Origin: Reclinomonas americana ATCC 50394
Taxonomy: Eukaryota
DNA length: 64,000 bases
Assembly (NCBI GenBank): GCA_048213135.1
Contig: PS015009.1
Location: 186,001 to 250,000, forward strand
Reading direction: 5' to 3'
The translations under genes were made by a program, and so were the position numbers. Under the pieces are notes generated by a model that saw only the letters and a program-made list of their open reading frames with translations, was not told where the DNA came from and made no database searches. Position 1 is the stretch's first letter. Each line of letters opens with the position of its first letter. Of this stretch, positions 39,905 through 49,710 are shown piece after piece.

Positions 39905-40200
39905 AATATAAGGTCAGTGCAAAAGCATTGGAGGACATTGAAAACATCTGGCTGTATACTTTTGAGAACTGGTCATTGGAGCAGGCCGACAGGTACATTA
40001 ATTTAATTTTTAACGAAATTGAATATGTTGCCGACAATCCCTATTCCGGAAAAGATTATAATTACATCCGGAAAAATTATTGGTGTGTTAAAGTAAAATC
40101 ACACCTGGTCTTTTACCGGGTTACCGACAAACAGGATTATATTGAAGTGATAAGGGTTTTACACCAGCGAATGGACATTGAGAACCGTTTGAATGAGTAA
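39901..40200 (+). CDS. parE: Type II toxin-antitoxin toxin, RelE/ParE family
   Basis: KALEDIENIWLYTFENWSLEQADRY..HLVFYR..IRVLHQRMD; ATGA overlap with the antitoxin. Confidence 0.9.
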   Translation: MKYKVSAKALEDIENIWLYTFENWSLEQADRYINLIFNEIEYVADNPYSGKDYNYIRKNYWCVKVKSHLVFYRVTDKQDYIEVIRVLHQRMDIENRLNE

Positions 40201-40214
40201 ACCCTCTTTCATTT

Positions 40215-41411
40215 TCAAGTCACATTCTCGTAGATCACAGCAGCTCCCTGCCCCACTCCCACACACATCGTTGCCAGGCCATAACGCCCCTTACGTTTCT
40301 TCAATTCGTATAATAAAGTAGTAGAGATGCGTACACCACTACAACCCAGCGGGTGGCCCAAGGCAATGGCGCCGCCGTTTACGTTAACCTTCTCCAGGTC
40401 CAGCCCCAGGTCGTGTATGCAGGCGATGGATTGGGAGGCGAAGGCTTCGTTCAGTTCAATCAGGTCAAGGTCGGCAACGGTAAGGCCCGCACGTTGCAAT
40501 GCTTTACGTGTTGCGGGCACCGGGCCAATGCCCATAATGGAAGGGTCAACCCCGGCCACGGCCATGCTTACCACTCGGGCCATGGGTTTAAGGCTGTATT
40601 TTTTTACCGCTTCTTCGCTGGCCAGCAGCATAGCGGCGGAGCCGTCGTTAATACCGCTGCTGTTGCCCGCAGTTACAGTGCCGTCTTTGGCAAAGGCGGG
40701 TTTCAGCTGGCTCAGCTTTTCGAGGGTGGAGAGGCGGGGATGTTCATCGCGGTCAAAGTCAAACACATCTTTATCTACCTGCACCTGCACGGCAATCAGT
40801 TCGTCGGCCCATTTGCCGGCTTCCTGCGCACGGGCATATTTCTTCTGGCTTTCAAAAGCAAACTCGTCCTGCGCAATGCGGCTGATGTTCCACTGGCGGG
40901 CCACGTTCTCCGCGGTTTCTCCCATGGTATAGGGGTAATACAGTTCAGACAGTTTTTTATTCACAAAACGCCAGCCCAGGGTGGTATCGAACAACTGGTT
41001 TTCGCGGGAGAACGCGGAGGTAGCTTTGGGCATTACAAAAGGCGCACGGCTCATACTTTCCGCACCGCCGGCGATCATCAGTTCGGCATCGCCGCAGGCA
41101 ATGGCACGGGCGCTGTCCATAACAGCCTGCAGACCGCTGGCACACAAACGGTTTACGGTATTGCCCGCCACTGTCACCGGCAGTCCGGCCAGCAGGGCAG
41201 CCATACGGGCCACGTTGCGGTTGTCTTCGCCGCTCTGGTTGGCCGCTCCGGCAATCACATCCTCAATGGCATTTACGTCCATACCGGGGTTGCGTTTAAC
41301 GAGGGCTTTGATTACGAGAGCGAGCAGGTCGTCGGGGCGGGTTCCGCTTAAAGCACCACCATATTTACCAATTGGGGTTCTTACCGCATCTGCAACGTAT
41401 ACAGTTTGCAT
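40215..41411 (-). CDS. Thiolase (acetyl-CoA C-acyltransferase, PcaF/PaaJ-like)
   Basis: NRLCASG, NEAFA, GHPLGCSG, MCVGVGQG. Confidence 0.93.
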   Translation of the reverse strand: MQTVYVADAVRTPIGKYGGALSGTRPDDLLALVIKALVKRNPGMDVNAIEDVIAGAANQSGEDNRNVARMAALLAGLPVTVAGNTVNRLCASGLQAVMDSARAIACGDAELMIAGGAESMSRAPFVMPKATSAFSRENQLFDTTLGWRFVNKKLSELYYPYTMGETAENVARQWNISRIAQDEFAFESQKKYARAQEAGKWADELIAVQVQVDKDVFDFDRDEHPRLSTLEKLSQLKPAFAKDGTVTAGNSSGINDGSAAMLLASEEAVKKYSLKPMARVVSMAVAGVDPSIMGIGPVPATRKALQRAGLTVADLDLIELNEAFASQSIACIHDLGLDLEKVNVNGGAIALGHPLGCSGVRISTTLLYELKKRKGRYGLATMCVGVGQGAAVIYENVT

Positions 41412-41437
41412 ACCTTATTCTTTTTTGTAAAGGTATG

Positions 41438-41592
41438 GTGATTTGGAAATTAGACGATTTGGAAGTTTGGAGATTAACTAATTGGGAAATGAGATGATTT
41501 GGAGGTTTGGCGATTCCGCTGCCATCCGCGGGACGGCCTGTCCCTGGCGGGTGCCATCTTCAAATCTCCAAATCTTCAAATTGGTAAATTGA
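41438..41592. repeat. Octamer-repeat inverted element
   Basis: GATTTGGA/GTTTGGAG units on the left, TCTTCAAA/TCTCCAAA units on the right. Confidence 0.65.
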
Positions 41593-42720
41593 TTATTGGC
41601 CAGAGATTTCTATGAGTTTATCCGCATTCCCCCCATTACTGGTGCACAGGTACACCCGTCCGGCGGGAGATACACATACATCCCTCAGGCGGCCCCATTC
41701 TCCTTTAAAGAAGGTTTGCTGGCCGGTTACGGAAAGCCCGTCGTTGCTGAGCGTGAGTATACGCAGACTTTCGTCTTTAAGCGTGGCCAGCAACAGGCTT
41801 TTCTGCCATATGGGTATGCGGGGGTTGTTGTAATAGTCGAGCCCGCTGGTGGCAATGGTGACGTTACCGGTACTCCAGATGGGTTCTTTGATATTGTTGG
41901 CGGTACAAAAACTGATCTCCGAGCCATCGCAGGGGCCCTGCACATTTGGCCAGCCGTAGTTGCGGTTCCTTTCAATAATATTGACTTCATCTTCCGTATT
42001 GGAGCCGTGCTCACTGGCGTAAATGATGCCGTTTACCTGTACCAGCCCCTGCTGGTTGCGGTGGCCCAGGCTCCACAGGGGTGAGCCGGCAATGGGGTTA
42101 TCGGCGGGAATGGTACCATCCAGGTTGAACCGGAGTACCTTACCTGAGAGGGAAGACGTATTCTGTGCATTTCCGCTGTTAAGCGCATCACCCACGGTCA
42201 TGAATAATTTGGGATCAGCCCCGTCGCTGATGAGAAGTCGGGAGCCGTTGTGGTTGATGGCGGCAGGCAGGTCGGCAATGATGGTACTCACCGGCGTAAT
42301 GGCATTGGAGCCAAAACGCATCTGCACCATTTTCTCCCGGTAACCCGCGCCGCTGTTGTAATTGTATACCACGTAAAACAATCCGTTACCCAGGAATCCC
42401 GGGTGCTGTACCATACCCAGCATCCCCCCTTCCCCATCGCTCACCACTTCGGCCACGGAAGCGGAGAATACCACGGTTCCCGTTTTGGGGTCGATACGGC
42501 TGATCTTGCCGCCCCGCTCGGTCATCCAGATGTGGTCGTCTTTTCCCCATAGTATTTCCCAGGGATAGTTGAGGCCCGTTTTTACTACCCGGATGCTGTC
42601 GGAAGGCCAGTCGTCCTGCCCGGGGGTATTGTTGTTATCATTTTTACTGCAGCAGGTAAGAAAACAGCAGGCAACCAATAGTGCGGAAAGGTGGATCGTC
42701 ATAAGTTGGGATTTAGACAT
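41593..42720 (-). CDS. PQQ-dependent glucose/sorbosone dehydrogenase family lipoprotein
   Basis: GLNYPW..TERGG; HNGSRL; GHRNQQGL; NYGWP; GRLRDV. Confidence 0.88.
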   Translation of the reverse strand: MSKSQLMTIHLSALLVACCFLTCCSKNDNNNTPGQDDWPSDSIRVVKTGLNYPWEILWGKDDHIWMTERGGKISRIDPKTGTVVFSASVAEVVSDGEGGMLGMVQHPGFLGNGLFYVVYNYNSGAGYREKMVQMRFGSNAITPVSTIIADLPAAINHNGSRLLISDGADPKLFMTVGDALNSGNAQNTSSLSGKVLRFNLDGTIPADNPIAGSPLWSLGHRNQQGLVQVNGIIYASEHGSNTEDEVNIIERNRNYGWPNVQGPCDGSEISFCTANNIKEPIWSTGNVTIATSGLDYYNNPRIPIWQKSLLLATLKDESLRILTLSNDGLSVTGQQTFFKGEWGRLRDVCVSPAGRVYLCTSNGGNADKLIEISGQ

Positions 42721-42916
42721 AGCGCAGCAATTTTACTGCCAAGTTCGGGCATGTCGGGATAATATTTCGATCAAAGATTTCCCGCGAAGCTGCCAAGCAA
42801 AACCTTTGTGGGCTTGGCGGCTTCGTGGGAAATAAAATGAGTCTGACTCAGGAAGAGATGCCTCCTCCGTCGGCATGAATTTGGTCTTAATGGCACTACT
42901 GTCGTACCTTTGCCGG

Positions 42917-43957
42917 ATGTCAGCAGTAAAGAATATACGGACCCTCAGCCTTCCCGAACTCAAAGAATACTTTGAATCCATCGGGGATAAGAAGTTCCGT
43001 GCCATTCAAACCTATGAGTGGATATGGAAGAAAAGTGCCTGCAGTTTTGAGGATATGAGCAACTTATCCAAGGAGTTACGCCAGAAACTGTCGGAGGACT
43101 TTACCCTGCCCGCTATTGCTGTTGACGCCACGCAGATCAGTGCCGACGGCACCCTCAAATCAAGATTCCGCACATACGACGGGCACCTGATCGAGGGTGT
43201 ATTGATCCCTACCGACAAAAGGAACACGGCCTGCGTATCGTCCCAGGTGGGTTGCAGCCTTACCTGCTCCTTTTGTGCTACGGGTAAGATGGAACGCAAA
43301 CGCAACCTCAATTTCGACGAAATATACGACCAGGTAGCCCAGCTGAACCAGCAAAGCGAAAAGGTGTACAACAAGAAACTGACGAATATCGTGTTCATGG
43401 GCATGGGCGAACCCCTGCTCAACTATAATAATGTACTCCAGGCCATTGACCGTATTACCAGCAACGACGGACTGGCCATGAGCCCCAAGCGCATCACGGT
43501 TTCCACAGCCGGTGTGGCCAAAATGATCAAAAAACTGGGCGACGACCAGGTGCGTTTCAACCTGGCATTGTCCCTCCACGCGGCGAACGACGCCAAACGC
43601 GACTCCATTATGCCTATCAATGAAAGCAACAATATTGATGTACTGGTGGAAGCGCTGAACTATTTCTACGAAAAAACAAAAAACGACATCACGCTGGAAT
43701 ACATCCTGCTGAAAGATGTGAACGACTCCATACAGGATGCGGATGACCTGGTAAAGATCTACCGCCGCATTCCAACCCACCTCGTGAACGTGATTGAGTA
43801 CAACCCCATTGAGGGCGCCGCTTTCATCAAACCCGATGAGGACACTACCCAGCAGTTTACCGACTACCTCGTGCAACACCGTGTGAATGTACGGGTAAGG
43901 CGCAGCAGGGGCAAGGATATTGATGCGGCGTGCGGGCAGTTGGCGAATAAGAAATAA
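42917..43957 (+). CDS. rlmN: 23S rRNA/tRNA m2A methyltransferase RlmN
   Basis: CVSSQVGCSLTCSFCATG, FMGMGEP, DIDAACGQL. Confidence 0.96.
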   Translation: MSAVKNIRTLSLPELKEYFESIGDKKFRAIQTYEWIWKKSACSFEDMSNLSKELRQKLSEDFTLPAIAVDATQISADGTLKSRFRTYDGHLIEGVLIPTDKRNTACVSSQVGCSLTCSFCATGKMERKRNLNFDEIYDQVAQLNQQSEKVYNKKLTNIVFMGMGEPLLNYNNVLQAIDRITSNDGLAMSPKRITVSTAGVAKMIKKLGDDQVRFNLALSLHAANDAKRDSIMPINESNNIDVLVEALNYFYEKTKNDITLEYILLKDVNDSIQDADDLVKIYRRIPTHLVNVIEYNPIEGAAFIKPDEDTTQQFTDYLVQHRVNVRVRRSRGKDIDAACGQLANKK

Positions 43958-44180
43958 TGTGCCTATTTGAAGATGTGATGATTTGAAGATTTGATGATGC
44001 AGGTCTTCCAGGAGGAGCGCTTATTGGCCATTGCAGAACTTAACCCCGGTAAAAATTCCTTCATTCCTTCCCTCCTTCCTTCTTTCTTTATTTAAAGCCT
44101 TAACATTTTCTTATATACAAGCATTAAACTTCTCCCTAATGCCGGCGTCTATGTATAGAACGTAAAAAAATTATACCGTC

Positions 44181-44810
44181 ATGAAGAAACTAGTAATGTT
44201 AGCATTAGTGGTAGCCGGCCTGGGTTTCAGCGCCAGCGCCCAGCAAAAGGAATTCCGCAAGGGAGGCCATCACGGCCGCAAGCACCACCGCATGGATATG
44301 GCCAAACAACTGAACTTCTCCGAAGATCAGAAAAAACAGGCAGCCACCTATAAGCAGGACCTCCGCAGTAAAATGCAGGAGCTGAACAAGCAGGAAAATA
44401 TTACCGTTAAGGAACAACGCGACCGCAGAAACGCTATTATGAAAGAACATAAGGCGAAAATGGACGGTCTGCTTACTGCCGAACAAAAAACAAAAATGGC
44501 GCAGCTGAAAAAAGAAGGTAAAGAAAAAAGGGAACAGCACTACGCCAAACACCTGGACAGGATGAAAACACAACTCGGTTTATCTGATGCGCAGGTAACC
44601 CGTATGAAAGCCCAGCGTGAAACGGTAGCCGCCAAACGCAAAGCCATCATGGACAACGCTTCCCTGAGCCGCGAACAGAAGAAAACACAAATGATCGCCC
44701 TGAAGAATGAATCAAAAGAAGAACGTAAAAAGATATTTACGCCCGAGCAGTTGAAAAAAATGGAAGAGCTGAAAAAGAACAGGCCCGAAAGAAATAAAGC
44801 AGTAAAATGA
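44181..44810 (+). CDS. Periplasmic helical protein, Spy/CpxP (LTXXQ)-like
   Basis: Signal peptide; LTAEQK and FTPEQL motifs; Lys-rich. Confidence 0.6.
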   Translation: MKKLVMLALVVAGLGFSASAQQKEFRKGGHHGRKHHRMDMAKQLNFSEDQKKQAATYKQDLRSKMQELNKQENITVKEQRDRRNAIMKEHKAKMDGLLTAEQKTKMAQLKKEGKEKREQHYAKHLDRMKTQLGLSDAQVTRMKAQRETVAAKRKAIMDNASLSREQKKTQMIALKNESKEERKKIFTPEQLKKMEELKKNRPERNKAVK

Positions 44811-44927
44811 TTGTCCGCAAGGGCAAATAAAACCCCAACCCCGGCGCTCCTTTATGGAGCGCTTTTTGTTTTTTACCGCAGAGAAGGGAGGACGCAGAGG
44901 GTGATAAGCTCATGCTCCTTTGCGGAT

Positions 44928-44988
44928 GTCATCCCGACGAAGGAGGGATCTCTCAATAACCGACAGATGCTTCGTTCCTCAGCATGAC
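44928..44988. repeat. REP-like imperfect palindrome GTCATCCCGACGAAGGAGGGATCT..AGATGCTTCGTTCCTCAGCATGAC
   Basis: Ends GTCAT/ATGAC are complementary, as are inner ATCT/AGAT; single copy in the window. Confidence 0.55.
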
Positions 44989-45104
44989 CATTCATAGTGG
45001 AGTTCAAACTGTTGCACTACTCATTTTTTAATTTTTACTTTTGAATTTTAAATTTCTACCTTTGCCCCTCATTCCTGTTGTAAAACAGTATAAAACTTCA
45101 CTAC

Positions 45105-46097
45105 ATGAGCCAGTCTCCATTCCAGAAATTTACCGGTAAAAAGAAGAACAGCGTTGTTAAAGAAGCCTTCCGCCAGGAAAAACGCCAGGCCAAAAAAGAA
45201 AGGGAAGCCTATTTTGACAAGGTAAAAAAAGAAGAGTACGAAGCCCGCCAGGCCAAGCGTACCGGCAAACCCGTTCCCTCCGTGGAACCTAAACCCGCCG
45301 CTAAACAGGCCGGTGCCAAAAAAGCGGGTGCCACTGCTTCATCCGCTACTGCTGCCAAAGCACAGCATCCTGAAATGCCGCTGAACAAATACCTGGCCCA
45401 CTGCGGGGTATGTTCAAGAAGGGAAGCCGTGGAACTGATCGCCGGCGGAAAAGTGAAGCTTAACGGGCAGGTAGCCACAGAGCCGGGTTACAAGGTTAAA
45501 CCGGAAGATGTGGTGATGTTCAATGGCAAGAAATTGTTTGTAACGAAGAACCTGGTCTACATCCTGCTCAACAAACCCAAGGATTATATTACCACCACCG
45601 ACGATCCGCAGGGCCGCAAAACGGTGCTGCAGCTGATACAGAAAGCCACCACCGAAAGGGTATACCCCATTGGCAGGCTCGACCGCAACACATCAGGTGT
45701 GCTGCTGCTGACCAACGACGGCGATCTTACCCAGAAACTGTCGCACCCCAGTTACGAGATCAAAAAAATATACGAAGTCAAACTTGACAAGGCACTGGCC
45801 AAATCCGACTTTGAAAAAATACTCAAGGGACTGAAACTGGAAGACGGTGAAGTGTTTGTAGACAGCCTGGCTTATGCCGACAGTAAAGACAAGTCCATCA
45901 TTGGTATAGAAATACACAGCGGCCGTAACCGTATTGTACGCCGCATCTTCGAGCATTTGGGTTATGATGTAAAGGGCCTCGACAGGGTGATGTACGCCAA
46001 CCTTACCAAGAAGAACGTGGAACGCGGCAAATGGCGCTTCCTCAGCGAAAAAGAGATCCGCCTGCTTAAATACATGAACGCTTCCAAAAAGAAATAG
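45105..46097 (+). CDS. rRNA pseudouridine synthase (RsuA/RluB family)
   Basis: S4 domain LNKYLAHCGVCSRREA; GRLDRNTSGVLLLTNDG; GRNRIVRR. Confidence 0.92.
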   Translation: MSQSPFQKFTGKKKNSVVKEAFRQEKRQAKKEREAYFDKVKKEEYEARQAKRTGKPVPSVEPKPAAKQAGAKKAGATASSATAAKAQHPEMPLNKYLAHCGVCSRREAVELIAGGKVKLNGQVATEPGYKVKPEDVVMFNGKKLFVTKNLVYILLNKPKDYITTTDDPQGRKTVLQLIQKATTERVYPIGRLDRNTSGVLLLTNDGDLTQKLSHPSYEIKKIYEVKLDKALAKSDFEKILKGLKLEDGEVFVDSLAYADSKDKSIIGIEIHSGRNRIVRRIFEHLGYDVKGLDRVMYANLTKKNVERGKWRFLSEKEIRLLKYMNASKKK

Positions 46098-46099
46098 CT

Positions 46100-46819
46100 T
46101 TGTCCAGACAGCCTTACGAGATCATTTTTGAGAATGACCATTTTGTTGCGATCAACAAACCCGCCGGCTTATTGTCCATCCCCGACAGGGAGCAAAGCCA
46201 GCCTTCGCTGAAAGATATGCTCATGGCCCGTTACGGTAAAATATTCACCGTGCACCGGCTAGACAGGGACACCAGTGGCATGATCGTATTTGCAAAGGAC
46301 GAGACCACACATAAATACCTTTCCCTGTTATTTGAAAGCCGCGACGTAGAGAAATACTACCGTGCTGTGGTGCTGGGTTTACCCGTTCCTGAAAAAGGGA
46401 GTATTGATGCACCCATCAGCGAACATCCTTTACATAAAGGCTCCATGGTGGTACACCGCAATGGCAAACCTTCGCTTACCGATTATGAAGTCATTGAAGG
46501 ACACCGCTCCTATTCGCTTGTTGATTTTCGCCTGCATACCGGGCGTACACACCAGATACGTGTACATGCCAAGAACATTGGCCACCCTATTGTTTGCGAC
46601 GAACTGTATGGCGATGGCAAACCTGTACTCCTCTCTTCCCTGAAGAAAAAATTCAAACTCAGCAAACAGGAAGAGGAAGAACGTCCCATGATCGGCCGCC
46701 TGGCACTGCACTCTTACAAACTGGTGTTTACAGATGAGCAGGGTACACGGCATGAACTGATCGCTCCTGTTCCCAAAGAGTTCAGGGCCCTGTTTCAGCA
46801 ACTCGGTAAGCTGCAATAA
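46100..46819 (+). CDS. RluA family pseudouridine synthase
   Basis: NKPAGL, HRLDRDTSG, TGRTHQIRVH; TTG start. Confidence 0.92.
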   Translation: MSRQPYEIIFENDHFVAINKPAGLLSIPDREQSQPSLKDMLMARYGKIFTVHRLDRDTSGMIVFAKDETTHKYLSLLFESRDVEKYYRAVVLGLPVPEKGSIDAPISEHPLHKGSMVVHRNGKPSLTDYEVIEGHRSYSLVDFRLHTGRTHQIRVHAKNIGHPIVCDELYGDGKPVLLSSLKKKFKLSKQEEEERPMIGRLALHSYKLVFTDEQGTRHELIAPVPKEFRALFQQLGKLQ

Positions 46820-46868
46820 AAAAGGCCGTCATACAACGGCCCAAAACTAAAAAATACAAAGAAAGATA

Positions 46869-47504
46869 TCAGGATTCAGGTTGTGGCGTATAACGCAGGT
46901 AAGGCTTTACAATTTCCACACCTTTCTCAAATCGTTTAATGGCGTCTTCGGTACTGATGGCAGGCACTACTATCACTTTATCGCCCTGCTGCCAGTTGGC
47001 CGGTGTGGCTACACTATGTTTTGCCGTCAATTGCAGTGAATCGATCACCCGCAGCACTTCGTGAAAATTACGTCCCGTGCTGGCCGGGTAGGTGATCGAC
47101 AGTTTGAGTTTTTTATCGGGTCCGATGATAAAGAGTGATCGCACCGTAAAAGTTTCCGACGCGTTGGGATGGATCATATCATACAGGTTGGCCACTGTTT
47201 TACTTTCATCAGCAATCAACGGAAAATCCACATTACAATGCTGCGTTTCATTGATGTCTTTTTTCCAGCCTTCGTGTTTGTCGAGCGGGTCAACACTTAC
47301 CGCCAGCACTTTTACATTGCGCCGGGCAAACTCTTCTTTCAGCAGGGCCGTCCTGCCCAATTCTGTCGTACACACCGGTGTATAATCAGCCGGGTGAGAG
47401 AACAGTACGCCCCAGCTGTCACCGAGGTGTTCATAGAAATCTATACGGCCTTCTGTGGTATCGGCCTGGAAGTTGGGAACAGTATCGCCTAAACGTAAAC
47501 TCAT
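46869..47504 (-). CDS. 1-Cys peroxiredoxin (Prx6 type)
   Basis: FSHPADYTPVCTTE; YPASTGRNF. Confidence 0.93.
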   Translation of the reverse strand: MSLRLGDTVPNFQADTTEGRIDFYEHLGDSWGVLFSHPADYTPVCTTELGRTALLKEEFARRNVKVLAVSVDPLDKHEGWKKDINETQHCNVDFPLIADESKTVANLYDMIHPNASETFTVRSLFIIGPDKKLKLSITYPASTGRNFHEVLRVIDSLQLTAKHSVATPANWQQGDKVIVVPAISTEDAIKRFEKGVEIVKPYLRYTPQPES

Positions 47505-47604
47505 GATCGGTTGTTTTATGTATCAAATATACAATATCCTACCAAATAAGTAGACTATATTACACCATTATTATTTTTCCCTATCTTCGGGCTTATTCAG
47601 CGAT

Positions 47605-48015
47605 ATGCTTTCAAAAAAGACACAATACGCGTTAAAAGCACTGGGCTACCTGGCCGAAAAGGCGGGGAAAGGACCTGTATTGATCGCTGATATCGCCAAA
47701 AGAAAAAAAATACCTTTAAAGTTCCTCGAAAGTATCCTGCTGGAACTGAAACAGAAAGGCATATTGGAAAGCAAAAAAGGAAAAGGCGGCGGATACTACC
47801 TGCTGGCTTCACCCAAGAAAACAACATTGGCCGCTGCCATCAGGATGGTGGAAGGCCCCATAGCCATGCTGCCCTGCGTAAGCCTCAACTTTTACCAGAA
47901 ATGTAAAGACTGCAATGAAGTAGTTTGCGGTCTGAATAAAGTGATGGCTGCCACCAGGGATGCCACACTTAAAGTGCTGGAGAAGAAAACACTGTACGAT
48001 CTCATCGATCAGTAA
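47605..48015 (+). CDS. Rrf2 family transcriptional regulator
   Basis: YALKAL..IPLKFLESIL..SKKGKGGGY; three to four C-terminal Cys. Confidence 0.9.
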   Translation: MLSKKTQYALKALGYLAEKAGKGPVLIADIAKRKKIPLKFLESILLELKQKGILESKKGKGGGYYLLASPKKTTLAAAIRMVEGPIAMLPCVSLNFYQKCKDCNEVVCGLNKVMAATRDATLKVLEKKTLYDLIDQ

Positions 48016-48024
48016 CTCACTGCA

Positions 48025-49167
48025 CTAATTAGAAGAAGCCCTCTTCACCGATAATTTCCCGAACCGGTTCTTTACCTCATCAATCGCTTTATAGAGATCT
48101 GATTTCTTTTCCAGATCATTGAACAGGTTGGCCTGCACCACTTCATTGGTAAGTTCACTCAGGCGCACGCCCAGCAAGCGTATGGGCTGCCCCTTACGGT
48201 GCAGTTGCTTAAAGAGTAGTTTAGCAACCGGTATAATTTCATCATCGGCACAGGTATAGGGAACAGTCGTTTGTTTGGAGGTGGTCTCAAAATCGGGGTA
48301 GCGGATCTTCACCGCAATGCAGCCCGCTACTTTCTCATCCTGTCTTAGCTCATACGCCACACGTTCTACCATCCGCACCAGTTCGCTCATCAGGAAATCC
48401 ATATCAATCTTGTTTTCATCAAAAGTATTTTCGGTGGAGATGGATTTGGCTTCGTGGTACTGGCTTACTTCGCGGTGGTGTATGCCCTGGCTTTTCTCCC
48501 AGAGATCAGCGCCCCATTTACCCAACCGTTCTTCCAGCTCTTTTACCTCGTATTTCGAAATGTCGCCAATGGTACGAATGCCCATGGCTTTAAGTACCTG
48601 GTGGGTATGCTCACCCACGCCGGGAATCTTATCTACATCAAGCGGTGCCAGAAATTCCCTTTCCTTCCCAAAAGGCACCTGCAGGTAACCATTGGGTTTG
48701 GCCTCATTGGTGGCGATCTTGGCCATCATTTTATTGCTCGACAGTCCGAATGAAATAGGCAGTCCTGTTTCCTCCATGATCCTTTTACGCAGGTCGATGG
48801 TCCATTGAAGCGGGTCGAAGAATTTGTCCATACCGGTGAGGTCAAGATAAAATTCGTCGATGGAAGCCTTTTCAAAAAGGGGTGCTTTTTCCGCGATGAT
48901 CTGTGTTACCCAGCGGCTGAAGCGGCTGTACTCTCCCCTGCTGCCTTTTAGGAAAATGGCCTGCGGACAAAGCTGCCGGGCTCTTTGCGATGGCATAGCG
49001 GAATGTATGCCGAATTTGCGGGCCTCGTAGCTGCAGGCAGCTACCACACCGCGTTCCCTTCCTCCAACAATAACGGGCTTGCCTTTCAGTGAGGGATCGT
49101 TGAGTATCTCTACAGAAACAAAAAAAGAATCGAGATCAAAATGCGCTATGATGCGTTGCTGTTCCAG
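48025..49167 (-). CDS. dinB: DNA polymerase IV
   Basis: Reading frame extends past the ORF-track start to include IAHFDLDSFFVSVE..KPVIVGG; also SYEARKFG and SIDEFYLD; probable CTG start. Confidence 0.92.
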   Translation of the reverse strand: MEQQRIIAHFDLDSFFVSVEILNDPSLKGKPVIVGGRERGVVAACSYEARKFGIHSAMPSQRARQLCPQAIFLKGSRGEYSRFSRWVTQIIAEKAPLFEKASIDEFYLDLTGMDKFFDPLQWTIDLRKRIMEETGLPISFGLSSNKMMAKIATNEAKPNGYLQVPFGKEREFLAPLDVDKIPGVGEHTHQVLKAMGIRTIGDISKYEVKELEERLGKWGADLWEKSQGIHHREVSQYHEAKSISTENTFDENKIDMDFLMSELVRMVERVAYELRQDEKVAGCIAVKIRYPDFETTSKQTTVPYTCADDEIIPVAKLLFKQLHRKGQPIRLLGVRLSELTNEVVQANLFNDLEKKSDLYKAIDEVKNRFGKLSVKRASSN

Positions 49168-49218
49168 GATACAAAATTACGGATTCCTTCCCGCGTTTTT
49201 TGATTAGCTTTATAAGGC

Positions 49219-49707
49219 ATGAAATACATTTACCGGCTGGCGGTCATCTTCTTTCTTATCCTGTTCTGTTCTGCCGGTTACGGCCAGGGCGACGGAAATG
49301 GTATTTCATTACCGGCATGGAGCGATTCACTTGACGGAGAATGGAAAGGATATTTTTCTTATGATAAGAACTATCTCACCTCATATCCCATCAAACTCTA
49401 TTTCAGGAAAGAAGCCAATGGATCTTACAGTGTCTTCAGTTACAGCCGCGACAGGGACACCATTGTAGTGGCCGCGGTGGAATACCGGTTCTCGGGTCCC
49501 AACTCTGTATACCTGGTAGAAACCAAACAATTAAAACCCAAGAGAATGACCTTTAACTGTTTCCAATCCATGTCATTGAAACTGATCCGTACAGACGGGC
49601 AACTAAAAATGGAAGGGACCTGGGCTACTGTAGCAGAGCAGGACTGCAGCCATTCCGAAGGCCCCATTACATTTACCCGAAAATTATCACCCGTTACCAA
49701 GCCATAA
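49219..49707 (+). CDS. Hypothetical secreted protein
   Basis: Signal peptide; LDGEWKGYF beta-rich domain. Confidence 0.65.
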   Translation: MKYIYRLAVIFFLILFCSAGYGQGDGNGISLPAWSDSLDGEWKGYFSYDKNYLTSYPIKLYFRKEANGSYSVFSYSRDRDTIVVAAVEYRFSGPNSVYLVETKQLKPKRMTFNCFQSMSLKLIRTDGQLKMEGTWATVAEQDCSHSEGPITFTRKLSPVTKP

Positions 49708-49710
49708 CTC

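Noticed and set aside
32000-40200. Prophage or ICE
   Set aside because: No integrase, phage structural or conjugation genes, and no flanking att direct repeats seen.
40327-41430. Long plus-strand ORFs (332, 201 and 149 aa)
   Set aside because: Antisense shadows of the GC-rich thiolase gene.
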